From Synechococcus sp. A15-24 (GTDB taxonomy: Bacteria > Cyanobacteriota > Cyanobacteriia > PCC-6307 > Cyanobiaceae): DNA of 32,000 bases. The notes beneath the pieces were generated by a model. The model worked only from the letters and a program-made list of their open reading frames with translations. It was not told the DNA's origin and did no database searches. The position numbers were made by a program, and so were the translations under genes. Where the stretch lies: the NCBI RefSeq assembly GCF_014280195.1, contig NZ_CP047960.1, positions 1,260,001-1,292,000 on the forward strand. Reading direction: 5' to 3'. Shown piece by piece: positions 1 through 8,150 of the stretch (its first letter is position 1; every line of letters starts with the position of its first letter).

Positions 1-12
1 AGCAGCTTAATC

Positions 13-37
13 GCCCCGCTTCGGCGGGGCTTTTTTT
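13..37 (+). terminator. Rho-independent terminator of an upstream + strand gene lying outside the window
   Basis: GCCCCGC-TTCG-GCGGGGC forms a perfect 7-bp GC stem with a UUCG-type tetraloop (13-30). A T7 run follows (31-37). Confidence 0.75.
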
Positions 38-43
38 GTGCTT

Positions 44-259
44 TCAGCCAACGGTTAATTCACCATCAACGCCGTATTGGTGCAGACATTGCTTCACCGT
101 GAGCACCGACACAGTGCTGCCCGTATCAGCATCAAACAAGGCATAAGGACAACCCCGCACAACACAACGACGACGTGCATCGACGTAGGCATCAAACAGG
201 GTCTGGTGGGAACATTCCTCCACCCAGCCACTGCTGCTCAAGTAGCGCGTCAGGATCAT
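44..259 (-). CDS. Small conserved hypothetical protein, paralog family member 1 (71 aa from the internal ATG at 259)
   Basis: ORF track 44..292. Starting at M12 (MILTRYLSSSGW...) places the conserved GW at the same distance from the N-terminus as in the ORFs at 18006..18212 and 21500..21682. All three share GW...A[FY]xxAR...[FY][RA][LI]. Confidence 0.5.
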   Translation of the reverse strand: MILTRYLSSSGWVEECSHQTLFDAYVDARRRCVVRGCPYALFDADTGSTVSVLTVKQCLHQYGVDGELTVG

Positions 260-356
260 GCGCCCGGCACAGATGCTTTCGTGATGGCCCATGGATCCAC
301 CGGGTGGCTGAAGTTACCTGAACTCTTCGGGATCACAGCACGTTGATCAGTTTTCC

Positions 357-608
357 GTGTTGTTCAGCACAACCAACATGCTCAGGAGGAGCGCGTTAGG
401 ACAGGGTGTCGATCCACTGGGAATGCCACTGTTCGTCTGTGCCGGCTGCAGCATGCGCATCGAGCGATCGATGGCCACCTATCTGCGTCTGAAAGGCAGG
501 GTGCTGTGCTCCACCTGTCTGGACCAGATGGAGTCTGAATTGACCACTGGCAGTGACCGAAACGTGGCAGCCCCATCGGTGCCGACTCAGGAATCACCGA
601 TGAGCTGA
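357..608 (+). CDS. Small Cys4 zinc-ribbon-like hypothetical protein
   Basis: 83-aa ORF with a GTG start; an alternative ATG lies at 378. It has two CxxC pairs (CAGC ... CSTC). No family was recognised. Confidence 0.35.
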   Translation: MLFSTTNMLRRSALGQGVDPLGMPLFVCAGCSMRIERSMATYLRLKGRVLCSTCLDQMESELTTGSDRNVAAPSVPTQESPMS

Positions 609-704
609 GAGCCGATCAGGCCTTGGTCCTGAAGGTCTGGCTGGTACGACGTCATTCCGTAGCTGATCACACCGCGCGTGCCACCGGTGCCGCAGACAGT
701 GGCA

Positions 705-806
705 GGGCGGAGAAACCTAGGGTTCCGATCCCATCAGGGATGTCTGGTCCAAGAGGTTTCGGTCGGTTCTGCCGGCTGCACGGAGGGACAAAAGCCCGGG
801 AGACCG
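705..806 (+). promoter_or_regulatory. Guanidine-I riboswitch (ykkC/yxkD class) aptamer in the 5' leader of the hydrolase operon
   Basis: The hallmark conserved blocks read directly: CTAGGGTTCCG (717-727), GGTCCAAGAG (746-755) and ACGGAGGGACAAAAGCCCGGGAGA (780-803). The intervening hairpins are ATCCC-atca-GGGAT and CGGTCGG-ttctg-CCGGCTG. Confidence 0.85.
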
Positions 807-829
807 CAACAACCCCAACTCTCCCTTCG

Positions 830-2020
830 ATGTCATCCCCAACGGACCCCAACGGGGCCTTTCAGCGTTCGCATCCCAGCGAAGGCATGCAGGCGCTCGA
901 GAAGGAACGCAAGTTGCCCCTCACCGGCTGGCAACAGGAAGTTGATCAGGCCAAGCGCCTGGGTCTCGAAGCTGCGGAAAGCATCGTTGACCGCAACATC
1001 TCCACCTTTTCGCGAGGTGAGCTCCCGCATTTCGCCGGCATCAACACCTTCATGAAGGCTCCCTACCTGGAGGATGTGAACCAGGTGGGCAATTACGACG
1101 TGGCCATCGTCGGAGTCCCCCACGATTGCGGAACCACCTACCGCCCCGGCACCCGCTTCGGGCCCCAGGGCATCCGTCGCATCTCAGCCCTTTACACCCC
1201 CTACAACTACGAAATGGGGGTTGATCTGCGCGAACAGATCACCCTCTGCGATGTCGGCGACATCTTCACCATTCCGGCCAACAACGAGAAAAGCTTCGAT
1301 CAGATCTCCAAGGGCATCGCCCACGTGTTCGCCAGCGGCGCCTTCCCGATCATTCTCGGCGGCGACCACTCCATCGGCTTCCCAACCGTCCGCGGCGTCT
1401 GCCGCTATCTGGGTGACAAGAAAGTGGGCATCATCCACTTCGACCGTCACGTCGACACCCAGGAGATCGACCTGGACGAGCGGATGCACACCTGTCCGTG
1501 GTTCCACGCCACCAACATGGCCAACGCTCCGGCCGAGAACCTGGTGCAGCTCGGCATCGGCGGCTGGCAGGTGCCGCGCGAAGGCGTGAAGGTCTGCCGC
1601 GAACGTGGCACCAACGTGCTCACCGTCACGGACATCACCGAGATGGGTCTGGAGGCGGCATCCAAATACGCCATCGAACGCGCCACCGACGGCACCGACT
1701 GCGTTTACATCTCCTTTGACATCGACTGCATCGATGCCGGCTTCGTGCCGGGCACCGGCTGGCCCGAACCCGGCGGCCTGCTGCCGCGCGAGGCGCTCAA
1801 GCTGCTGGAACTGATCGTGCGCAATGTTCCGGTGTGCGGTCTCGAAATCGTGGAGGTTTCGCCGCCATATGACATCAGCGACATGACCTCGCTGATGGCC
1901 ACCCGCGTGATCTGCGACGCCATGGCCCATCTCGTGGTCAGCGGCCAGCTCCCCCGCAAGGGCAAGCCGGCCTGGATCAGCGATGTCTGCAACATGAACG
2001 TCGATCAGAAGTGGAGGTAG
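830..2020 (+). CDS. gdmH: Arginase/agmatinase-fold ureohydrolase, probable Ni-dependent guanidine hydrolase (GdmH-like)
   Basis: Ureohydrolase motifs are present: GGDHSIGFP, HFDRHVD (DxHxD) and SFDIDCIDAGF. The start is reassigned to the ATG at 830 (MSSPTDPNG) because track positions 623-829 are occupied by the riboswitch. The gene lies directly downstream of a guanidine-I riboswitch and directly upstream of hypA/hypB, matching the Synechocystis sll1077-1079 arrangement. Confidence 0.8.
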   Translation: MSSPTDPNGAFQRSHPSEGMQALEKERKLPLTGWQQEVDQAKRLGLEAAESIVDRNISTFSRGELPHFAGINTFMKAPYLEDVNQVGNYDVAIVGVPHDCGTTYRPGTRFGPQGIRRISALYTPYNYEMGVDLREQITLCDVGDIFTIPANNEKSFDQISKGIAHVFASGAFPIILGGDHSIGFPTVRGVCRYLGDKKVGIIHFDRHVDTQEIDLDERMHTCPWFHATNMANAPAENLVQLGIGGWQVPREGVKVCRERGTNVLTVTDITEMGLEAASKYAIERATDGTDCVYISFDIDCIDAGFVPGTGWPEPGGLLPREALKLLELIVRNVPVCGLEIVEVSPPYDISDMTSLMATRVICDAMAHLVVSGQLPRKGKPAWISDVCNMNVDQKWR

Positions 2021-2023
2021 GCC

Positions 2024-2422
2024 ATGCATGAAGTCGACATGACCAAGTGCCTGCTGATCTCCCTCAATGAATGGCGGCGGGATCGGGACGATCCCTCAGC
2101 AATGGTGGATACTGTGCACCTCGATGTGGGCCGCTTCACCTGCGTTGAGCCCGATCAGCTGGTGACGACCTACAACGCCGCGGTGCAGGGCACCTGGCTC
2201 GATGGTTCCCGGCTCACCATCACCGACATTTCCTTCGTCGGTCGCTGTCTGGCCTGCAACAGCACCTATGACCCTGTGCCGGAGAGCGCCTACCGCTCCC
2301 CCTGCTGCGATCACCCACTTGAGGAGATCGTCAGCGGCCGGGAACTGCGGATCCGCAACATCGATTACCGCAGTGCTGCCGGCGCTGCCCTTGAGTCCGG
2401 CTCCATCCAGCGCATGCGCTGA
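2024..2422 (+). CDS. hypA: HypA-type nickel metallochaperone, accessory to the hydrolase
   Basis: It has the N-terminal MHE nickel-binding signature and a CLAC pair. Fifteen residues later comes an atypical CC(DH) in place of a second CxxC. The start is 3 nt after the gdmH-like stop. Confidence 0.8.
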   Translation: MHEVDMTKCLLISLNEWRRDRDDPSAMVDTVHLDVGRFTCVEPDQLVTTYNAAVQGTWLDGSRLTITDISFVGRCLACNSTYDPVPESAYRSPCCDHPLEEIVSGRELRIRNIDYRSAAGAALESGSIQRMR

Positions 2423-2446
2423 CAACCCAAATACCTCCATTTAGCC

Positions 2447-3181
2447 ATGCACATGCCCCTTGAGGACACCCTCGGTCTCAACCTCCTCGCCGCCAACCAG
2501 CACCAGGCGGAGCACAACCACGAGCATTTCCAGGCCTGGAACGTGCTCTGCCTCAACCTAATGAGCAGCCCCGGTGCCGGCAAGACCGCCCTGCTCGAAC
2601 GCTCCCTGCCGGCGTTGGCCGCCAATCACAAGATGGCGGTGCTGGAGGGCGACATGACCACCCAGCTCGATGCCGAGCGTCTGGAAGCCGTCGGCATTCC
2701 AGTGGTGCCGATCACCACCGGTCGGGCCTGTCATCTCGATGCCGCCATGGTGAGCGGCGGACTCACTTTGCTGAAGCAACGCCTGGATCCAACCCAGCTC
2801 GATCTGCTTCTGGTGGAGAACGTCGGCAACCTTGTTTGCCCCGCTGAATTCGATGTGGGGGAACACCACAAGGTGGCTCTGCTCAGCGTCACCGAGGGCG
2901 ACGACAAACCGCTCAAGTACCCGCTGATGTTCCGCCAGGCGGATGTGGTGCTGATCACCAAGGTGGATCTGCTGCCCCACCTGCAGGTGGAGCTGGCGGC
3001 GATCCGCCGCAACATCCTCAGCATCAACCCCAACGCCACGGTGATCGAGGTCTCCGCCCTCAGCGGCGAAGGCCTAGATGTCTGGCACCAGTGGGTGCGG
3101 CAGGCCCTTGCCGATCGCACCGCCGTCTCCTCTGCTGCAGCCAGGGCTGCAGACCAGTCCCCCGCTCTGGCCACCGCCTGA
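2447..3181 (+). CDS. hypB: HypB-type nickel-binding GTPase
   Basis: It has a His-rich N-terminus (HQAEHNHEH), a P-loop SSPGAGKT, and [10 protein letters not shown] and TKVDLL motifs typical of HypB/UreG-class G3E GTPases. Confidence 0.9.
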   Translation: MHMPLEDTLGLNLLAANQHQAEHNHEHFQAWNVLCLNLMSSPGAGKTALLERSLPALAANHKMAVLEGDMTTQLDAERLEAVGIPVVPITTGRACHLDAAMVSGGLTLLKQRLDPTQLDLLLVENVGNLVCPAEFDVGEHHKVALLSVTEGDDKPLKYPLMFRQADVVLITKVDLLPHLQVELAAIRRNILSINPNATVIEVSALSGEGLDVWHQWVRQALADRTAVSSAAARAADQSPALATA

Positions 3182-3217
3182 GCCCCGATCCCGTCATCCA
3201 CCCATCACGCCGATGCC

Positions 3218-4219
3218 ATGACCAAGCAACTCCGCAATCTCCTGATCGCCGGCCTGGCGATCGTTCTGGCCGTCGCCTGTTCCAAGCCCTCAACCCCAAC
3301 TGTGGGCGGCACCCCGATCGTTCTCGGCTACAGCAACTGGGCCGGTTGGTGGCCCTGGGCCATCGCCGTTGAAGAGAAGCTGTTCGAAAAGAATGGCGTG
3401 AATGTAGAGATGAAGTGGTTCGACGGCTACGTGCAGTCGATGGAAACCTTCGCCGCCGGCAAGATCGACGGCAATTCCCAGACCCTGAACGACACCATCT
3501 CCTTCCTGCCAGGCGAGAACGGTGGTGAAGTTGTTGTGCTGGTGAACGACAACTCCGCCGGCAACGACCAGATCATTGCTGACGCCTCGATCACCTCCAT
3601 CGCAGAGCTCAAGGGCAAGACGGTGGCCGTTGAAGAGGGCGTCGTAGACGATTACTTGCTCAGCCTTGCTCTCAAGGACGTTGGCCTCAGCCGTGAGGAT
3701 GTGGTGATCAAAGGCCTGCCCACCGACCAGGCCGCCACAGCCTTTGCCGCCGGGCAGGTGGATGCCGTCGGCGCCTTCCCGCCATACACCGGCACCGCCA
3801 TGCAGCGCGAGGGTGCCCGGGTGATCGCCAGCTCCAAGGAGTACCCCGGTGCCATTCCCGATCTGCTCACCGTGAGCGGTGATCTGATCAAGGAACGGCC
3901 CGACGACGTTCAGAAGATCGTCAAGACCTGGTGGGACGTGCGCGACTTCATGGAGAAGAACCCCGAGAAATCAGAGGCAATCATGGCCAAGCGGGCCGGC
4001 ATTCCCACAGAGGAGTACGAGCAGTACAAGGACGGCACCCGTTTCTTTTCGATCGACGAGAACCTGGAAGCCTTCAGCGAAGGCGAAGGCATGCAGTACA
4101 TGCCCTTCGCCTCGGAATCGATGGCGAAATTCATGATCTCCGTTGGCTTCATTCCCGAGAAGCCGGACATGAGCAACCTGTTTGATTCCAGCTTCATCAA
4201 GAAGGTCGCCGAATCCTGA
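3218..4219 (+). CDS. ABC transporter substrate-binding lipoprotein, NitT/TauT (NMT1/SsuA-like) family
   Basis: It has a signal peptide with a lipobox (LAVAC). The overall composition is NMT1/SsuA-like, and the gene is followed by a matching permease and ATPase. Confidence 0.85.
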   Translation: MTKQLRNLLIAGLAIVLAVACSKPSTPTVGGTPIVLGYSNWAGWWPWAIAVEEKLFEKNGVNVEMKWFDGYVQSMETFAAGKIDGNSQTLNDTISFLPGENGGEVVVLVNDNSAGNDQIIADASITSIAELKGKTVAVEEGVVDDYLLSLALKDVGLSREDVVIKGLPTDQAATAFAAGQVDAVGAFPPYTGTAMQREGARVIASSKEYPGAIPDLLTVSGDLIKERPDDVQKIVKTWWDVRDFMEKNPEKSEAIMAKRAGIPTEEYEQYKDGTRFFSIDENLEAFSEGEGMQYMPFASESMAKFMISVGFIPEKPDMSNLFDSSFIKKVAES

Positions 4220-5046
4220 TGACTGCCACGGCCGCCGCTGCATCCAAGGGGAGGGGCTCAGGGCTCCTCTCTCTGCTCACCCTGGGGGCCACCCCATCGG
4301 GGGCCGTGCGTGGCGGCCTGCAGGTCGCCTCCCTGCTGATCCCACTTTTGGCCTGGGCGGCCATCGCCTCCCTGGGCCTGGTAGATGAGAAGTTCCTGCC
4401 ATCACCGGGGGCGGTGTTCCGCTCCCTGGCTTCGATGGCCGAAAGCGGCATCCTGTTCCAGGACATCGTCGCCAGCACCGGTCGGGTGTTCGCTGGCTTT
4501 CTGCTCGCCACCGTTCTGGCGGTTCCGATCGGCATCTGCATGGGGGTGTACCCAGCGGTGTGCGCCATGTGCGAACCCCTGATCGCCATGCTCCGCTACA
4601 TGCCGGCAGCAGCGTTCATCCCCCTGCTGATCATCTACCTCGGCATCGGCGAGGAACCCAAGATCGCCCTGATCTTTCTCGGCACGATCTACTTCAACAT
4701 CCTGATGGTGATGGATGCGGTGAAGTTTGTTCCCAAGGAACTGATCGAAACCACCCTCACCCTCGGCGGCCGCAGCCGCCAGGTGCTGGTGCAGGTGGTG
4801 GCCCGTTACAGCCTGCCCAGCATCCTCGACACCCTGCGCATCAACATCGCCACCTCCTGGAACCTGGTGGTGGTGGCCGAACTGGTGGCGGCCGAAGTGG
4901 GTCTGGGCAAACGGATTCAGCTGGCCCAGCGCTTCTTCCGCACCGATCAGATCTTCGCCGAACTTATCGTGCTGGGGTTGATCGGCTTCGCCATCGACAT
5001 GGGCTTCCGTCTGCTGCTGCGCCTCAGCTGCCGCTGGGCGGTCTGA
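4219..5046 (+). CDS. ABC transporter permease, NitT/TauT family
   Basis: The protein is polytopic and hydrophobic. Its ATG overlaps the upstream TGA by 1 nt (TGATG). It carries an EAA-like loop region. Confidence 0.85.
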   Translation: MTATAAAASKGRGSGLLSLLTLGATPSGAVRGGLQVASLLIPLLAWAAIASLGLVDEKFLPSPGAVFRSLASMAESGILFQDIVASTGRVFAGFLLATVLAVPIGICMGVYPAVCAMCEPLIAMLRYMPAAAFIPLLIIYLGIGEEPKIALIFLGTIYFNILMVMDAVKFVPKELIETTLTLGGRSRQVLVQVVARYSLPSILDTLRINIATSWNLVVVAELVAAEVGLGKRIQLAQRFFRTDQIFAELIVLGLIGFAIDMGFRLLLRLSCRWAV

Positions 5047-5049
5047 ACC

Positions 5050-5805
5050 ATGGAACTGCTGGTTCAGAACCTCTGCAAACAGTTCGGCGACAAAGCCGTT
5101 CTCGAGGACATCAACTTCTCGATGCAATCCGGTGAATTCATCACCTTAGTCGGCAGTTCCGGCTGCGGCAAGAGCACCCTGCTCCGGCTGATCGCCGGCC
5201 TGGATCACCCCAGCGGGGGCCGGATCCACGTCGATGGATCCCCCGTTGAAGGGCCCGGCCCCGACCGGGGCATGGTGTTTCAGAAATACAGCCTCTACCC
5301 CTGGCTGACTGCCGCCGACAACGTCGCCTTCGGCATGCGGCTACAGGGCATGACGTCGGCTGACGTGCGTAATCGCACCGCCTATTTCCTCGAGGTGGTG
5401 GGTCTGCAGGATGCAGCCACCAAACTGCCGAGGGAACTCTCCGGCGGCATGCAGCAACGGGTGGCTATCGCCCGCGCCCTGGCCACCAACCCCAGCGTGC
5501 TGCTGCTGGATGAACCCTTCGGTGCTTTGGACCTGCAGATCCGCGAAACAATGCAGGAGTTTCTGCTCCAGCTTTGGCAACGCACCGGCCTGACAGTGCT
5601 GCTGATCACCCACGACGTGGAGGAAGCCCTGGTGCTGGCTCAACGCGTGCACGTACTGGCACCGAACCCGGGCCGGATCATCCGCTCGCTCGAGGTGACC
5701 CTGAACAAAAGCGATTTAGATCAGCTGCGCCTCAGCGCTGAGTTCCTGCAGCTGCGCCGCAGTCTGGCCACCAGCCTGCGGCAGCTGGAACCAACCATCG
5801 GGTGA
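5050..5805 (+). CDS. ABC transporter ATP-binding protein
   Basis: Walker A is GSSGCGKST, the signature is LSGGMQQR, Walker B is LLLDEPF, and the H-loop is ITHD. Confidence 0.9.
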   Translation: MELLVQNLCKQFGDKAVLEDINFSMQSGEFITLVGSSGCGKSTLLRLIAGLDHPSGGRIHVDGSPVEGPGPDRGMVFQKYSLYPWLTAADNVAFGMRLQGMTSADVRNRTAYFLEVVGLQDAATKLPRELSGGMQQRVAIARALATNPSVLLLDEPFGALDLQIRETMQEFLLQLWQRTGLTVLLITHDVEEALVLAQRVHVLAPNPGRIIRSLEVTLNKSDLDQLRLSAEFLQLRRSLATSLRQLEPTIG

Positions 5806-6857
5806 TGACGGCTCCGCAACGGTTTCTGCCGGCCCAGGCCTATACCGATCCGGAGTTGTATCGCTGGGACTGCAGCGGTTACGCCCAGCGCTACTGGCAT
5901 CCCCTGGTCGCTGGATCGGCCCTGCCGGCCGGCCACAGCCTGGCTCTAACCCTGCTGAATCAGCCCCTTCTGCTCACCCGAGCCGAGGACGGACTCCCCC
6001 GCGCCTTTCTCAACCGCTGCCCCCACCGCGGCGTGGCCTTCCAGCACGAACGCGATGGAGCAACCGCCTGCCGTCGCCTGATCTGCCCGTACCACGGCTG
6101 GACCTACAGCCTGGTAGGGGAGCTGCTGGCCGCGGCGCGCGAGCAGGGCTTCGATCACCCCTTCCATCGCCAGGACTGGCCGCTCCCTTCCCTGCCTTGC
6201 CGCGAGGATGGCCCCTTGATCTGGGTCGCACTCACCCAGGCGGTGACGCCCCTGGAGCAGCAGCTCGACCTGGTGCATCAACGGGTGGCGGACCTCTGGA
6301 CCCAGCCCCTGGATCAGGTGCGGATCCTGCAGCGCACCCTGTACTGCAACTGGAAGATCGCCCACGACAACACCCTGGACGACTACCACGTCGCCGTGGC
6401 CCATCCAACGACTCTGCACCGCGAACAGGGGCCGGTGCGCGATTACGCCCACCACACCACAGCCCTGGTGAACCTGCTGGTGACCCCCCACGCCGATGGC
6501 GGTTGCTTTCACACCTTTGGCCTGCCGCCCTGGCTACATCTGATCACCTGGCCGGACGGCCGTCTGGCGTTGTTGGAGTTTCTGCCCCTCAGCCTCGACA
6601 GCTGCTGCATGCAGTTGCGGCTGTTCGCTCCCAACGCAGCCAGCGGCGAACCGCCGACGGATGCGGCCAACAAAGCCTGGTTGAAAGAGCTGCTGGCCTT
6701 TTTGGAAGAGGACCAGACCCTGGTCGAATCCGCTCAGCGCGGCTACCGCAGTGGACTCGTGCCCGGTCCACCCCACGGGCTCGAGCAACGGATCATCCAT
6801 TGGCAGGAGATCTACCGACAGGTGCTGCCCAAAGCGCTGGCCCAATCGCTCAGCTGA
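5805..6857 (+). CDS. Rieske [2Fe-2S] non-heme iron oxygenase, alpha-subunit type
   Basis: The Rieske motif is CPHRG-x16-CPYHGW. The mononuclear iron motif is DDYHVAVAH. The ATG at 5805 overlaps the ATPase stop (TGATG); the track's GTG start is at 5802. Confidence 0.85.
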   Translation: MTAPQRFLPAQAYTDPELYRWDCSGYAQRYWHPLVAGSALPAGHSLALTLLNQPLLLTRAEDGLPRAFLNRCPHRGVAFQHERDGATACRRLICPYHGWTYSLVGELLAAAREQGFDHPFHRQDWPLPSLPCREDGPLIWVALTQAVTPLEQQLDLVHQRVADLWTQPLDQVRILQRTLYCNWKIAHDNTLDDYHVAVAHPTTLHREQGPVRDYAHHTTALVNLLVTPHADGGCFHTFGLPPWLHLITWPDGRLALLEFLPLSLDSCCMQLRLFAPNAASGEPPTDAANKAWLKELLAFLEEDQTLVESAQRGYRSGLVPGPPHGLEQRIIHWQEIYRQVLPKALAQSLS

Positions 6858-6894
6858 TCGCGCCCAGCCGGATCACCCGGTTCGAATCCGCCAT

Positions 6895-7635
6895 TCATAC
6901 CGGAATCGGTGAGCGCAGCTCAGCATGCAGCGCATCCCAGAAACGCTTGCGATCCGCAATCACCTGGCGCTTCACCTGCTCCACCCGTTGCATCGCCTTG
7001 GCGTCCTCCCCCACTAGGGCCAGCACCATTGCCTCGGCCAACGGGCCATGGCTGTCGCCATCGAGGGCGATGTGGCGTTCGAGGTACCAGCACAACGTTG
7101 GACAGGGCAACGCCAGGGCCTGCAGTCGCTTCAGCAGCGCACGGAACAGATCCGGCACCAACAGCTCCCGGCCGTAGGCAAACGCCGCAGCCAGGACATG
7201 GCTCTCACCGTCCTGAATCAGCACCTGCGTGGTGGTGAGAAAACGGGCTGCAGCGGGCGGGATCCGCGGGTGTTGCACAGCGCTGCCAAGATCACCGGCC
7301 ATCGCCTGCTGCAGCACCGCGTCGATGGCCGAGGTATCGGCACCGATCTCCACCATCGCACGGCGGTAGATGCCGAAATGGGACAGATGCAACGGGCCAC
7401 CGAGGGCCTCAGGCAGACAATCACACTCCTCCTCAGCCACCAGGCTGTTGATCAACCCGGCGCTGCGCGGATGCTGGGGCGGCACCCAGGGAACACCGGA
7501 TGGTGCCAGGTGCTGCTGCAGCGCCTTGAGCAACAACATGAAGTCCCACACCGCAAACACGTGGTGTTCAACGAACACCCGAAGATCTGCGATCGAAACA
7601 ATCGCCTCCGGCAAGGGATGGCGCTGGAGATCCAT
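6895..7635 (-). CDS. DUF3050-like protein (heme-oxygenase-like helical fold family), last gene of the - strand operon
   Basis: 246-aa ORF beginning MDLQRHPLPEAI...VFVEHHVFAVWDFMLLLKAL, which I recognise as DUF3050-like. Its start is 2 nt after the upstream stop. Confidence 0.65.
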   Translation of the reverse strand: MDLQRHPLPEAIVSIADLRVFVEHHVFAVWDFMLLLKALQQHLAPSGVPWVPPQHPRSAGLINSLVAEEECDCLPEALGGPLHLSHFGIYRRAMVEIGADTSAIDAVLQQAMAGDLGSAVQHPRIPPAAARFLTTTQVLIQDGESHVLAAAFAYGRELLVPDLFRALLKRLQALALPCPTLCWYLERHIALDGDSHGPLAEAMVLALVGEDAKAMQRVEQVKRQVIADRKRFWDALHAELRSPIPV

Positions 7636-7637
7636 CG

Positions 7638-8105
7638 TCAGAGGCCCAGTTCCGTCAGACCCGGGAAATCATCGGGTCTTGGGCCATCACCCCAGGTGAA
7701 CAGGAGATCGCCCTCCGCGATCGGCACGTCGTTGATGCTGGCCTCACGCCGGCGCATCAACCCGTTCTCGGCAAATTCCCAGTTCTCGTTGCCATGGGCG
7801 CGAAACCACTGCCCCTCGGAGTCATGCCACTCATATTGGAAACGCACAGCGATGCGGTTACCGGAATACGCCCACACTTCTTTGATCAATTTGTAGTCCA
7901 GTTCCTTCGCCCACTTGCGTTGCAAAAAAGCGAGAATCTCAGCCCGGCCGTGGATGAATTCACTGCGATTACGCCAGAAACTGTCCTCCGTATAGGCCAA
8001 TGAAACCTTGTCTGGATCCTTGCTGTTCCATGCATTTTCGGCCATCCGTGCCTTCTGCTGCGCGGTTTCGAGGGTGAACGGTGGAAAGGGAGGTTTTCCG
8101 GTCAT
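7638..8105 (-). CDS. DUF1348-like / NTF2 (SnoaL-like) fold protein
   Basis: The sequence [21 protein letters not shown]...[11 protein letters not shown]...[42 protein letters not shown] matches the DUF1348 pattern as I remember it. Confidence 0.7.
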   Translation of the reverse strand: MTGKPPFPPFTLETAQQKARMAENAWNSKDPDKVSLAYTEDSFWRNRSEFIHGRAEILAFLQRKWAKELDYKLIKEVWAYSGNRIAVRFQYEWHDSEGQWFRAHGNENWEFAENGLMRRREASINDVPIAEGDLLFTWGDGPRPDDFPGLTELGL

Positions 8106-8150
8106 GGCAACAACAAATTGGGGAAAAGAAAGAGGGGATGCATCATAGGG

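Noticed and set aside
623-829. The N-terminal 69 codons of track ORF 623..2020, which give a 465-aa 'agmatinase'.
   Set aside because: This stretch is Arg/Gly/Pro-rich, non-protein-like sequence. It coincides exactly with the guanidine-I riboswitch motifs. The ATG at 830 gives a protein of the length expected for the family.
1184-2029. Long antisense or off-frame ORFs inside clear genes. Examples are 1184..2029 (-), 4402..5127 (-), 5946..6512 (-), 7048..7896 (+), 8872..9519 (+), 9543..10280 (+), 13155..13724 (+), 18789..19460 (-) and 28454..29134 (+).
   Set aside because: These are typical shadow ORFs of high-GC DNA. Their translations are dominated by Arg/Gly/Pro/Ala/His runs, they have no recognisable motifs, and each fully overlaps a gene that has strong family signatures.
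6848-6897. tRNA-like elements in the 37-nt convergent intergenic spacer. The 11-mer GGTTCGAATCC (6879-6889) matches the universal T-arm/T-loop, and GCTCAGCTGA (6848-6857) resembles a D-arm.
   Set aside because: The spacing between the two elements is about 11 nt too short. The T-stem would have only 3 bp. No anticodon arm or acceptor stem can be drawn, and the 5' part lies inside the Rieske CDS. At most this is a degraded tRNA 3' fragment, and it may be chance. It is not called as a tRNA or an att site.
6197-7177. A 326-aa + strand ORF bridging the convergent junction between the Rieske gene and the DUF3050-like gene.
   Set aside because: It is an out-of-frame or antisense read-through of two well-supported genes. 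Its composition is Pro/Arg/Gly-rich.
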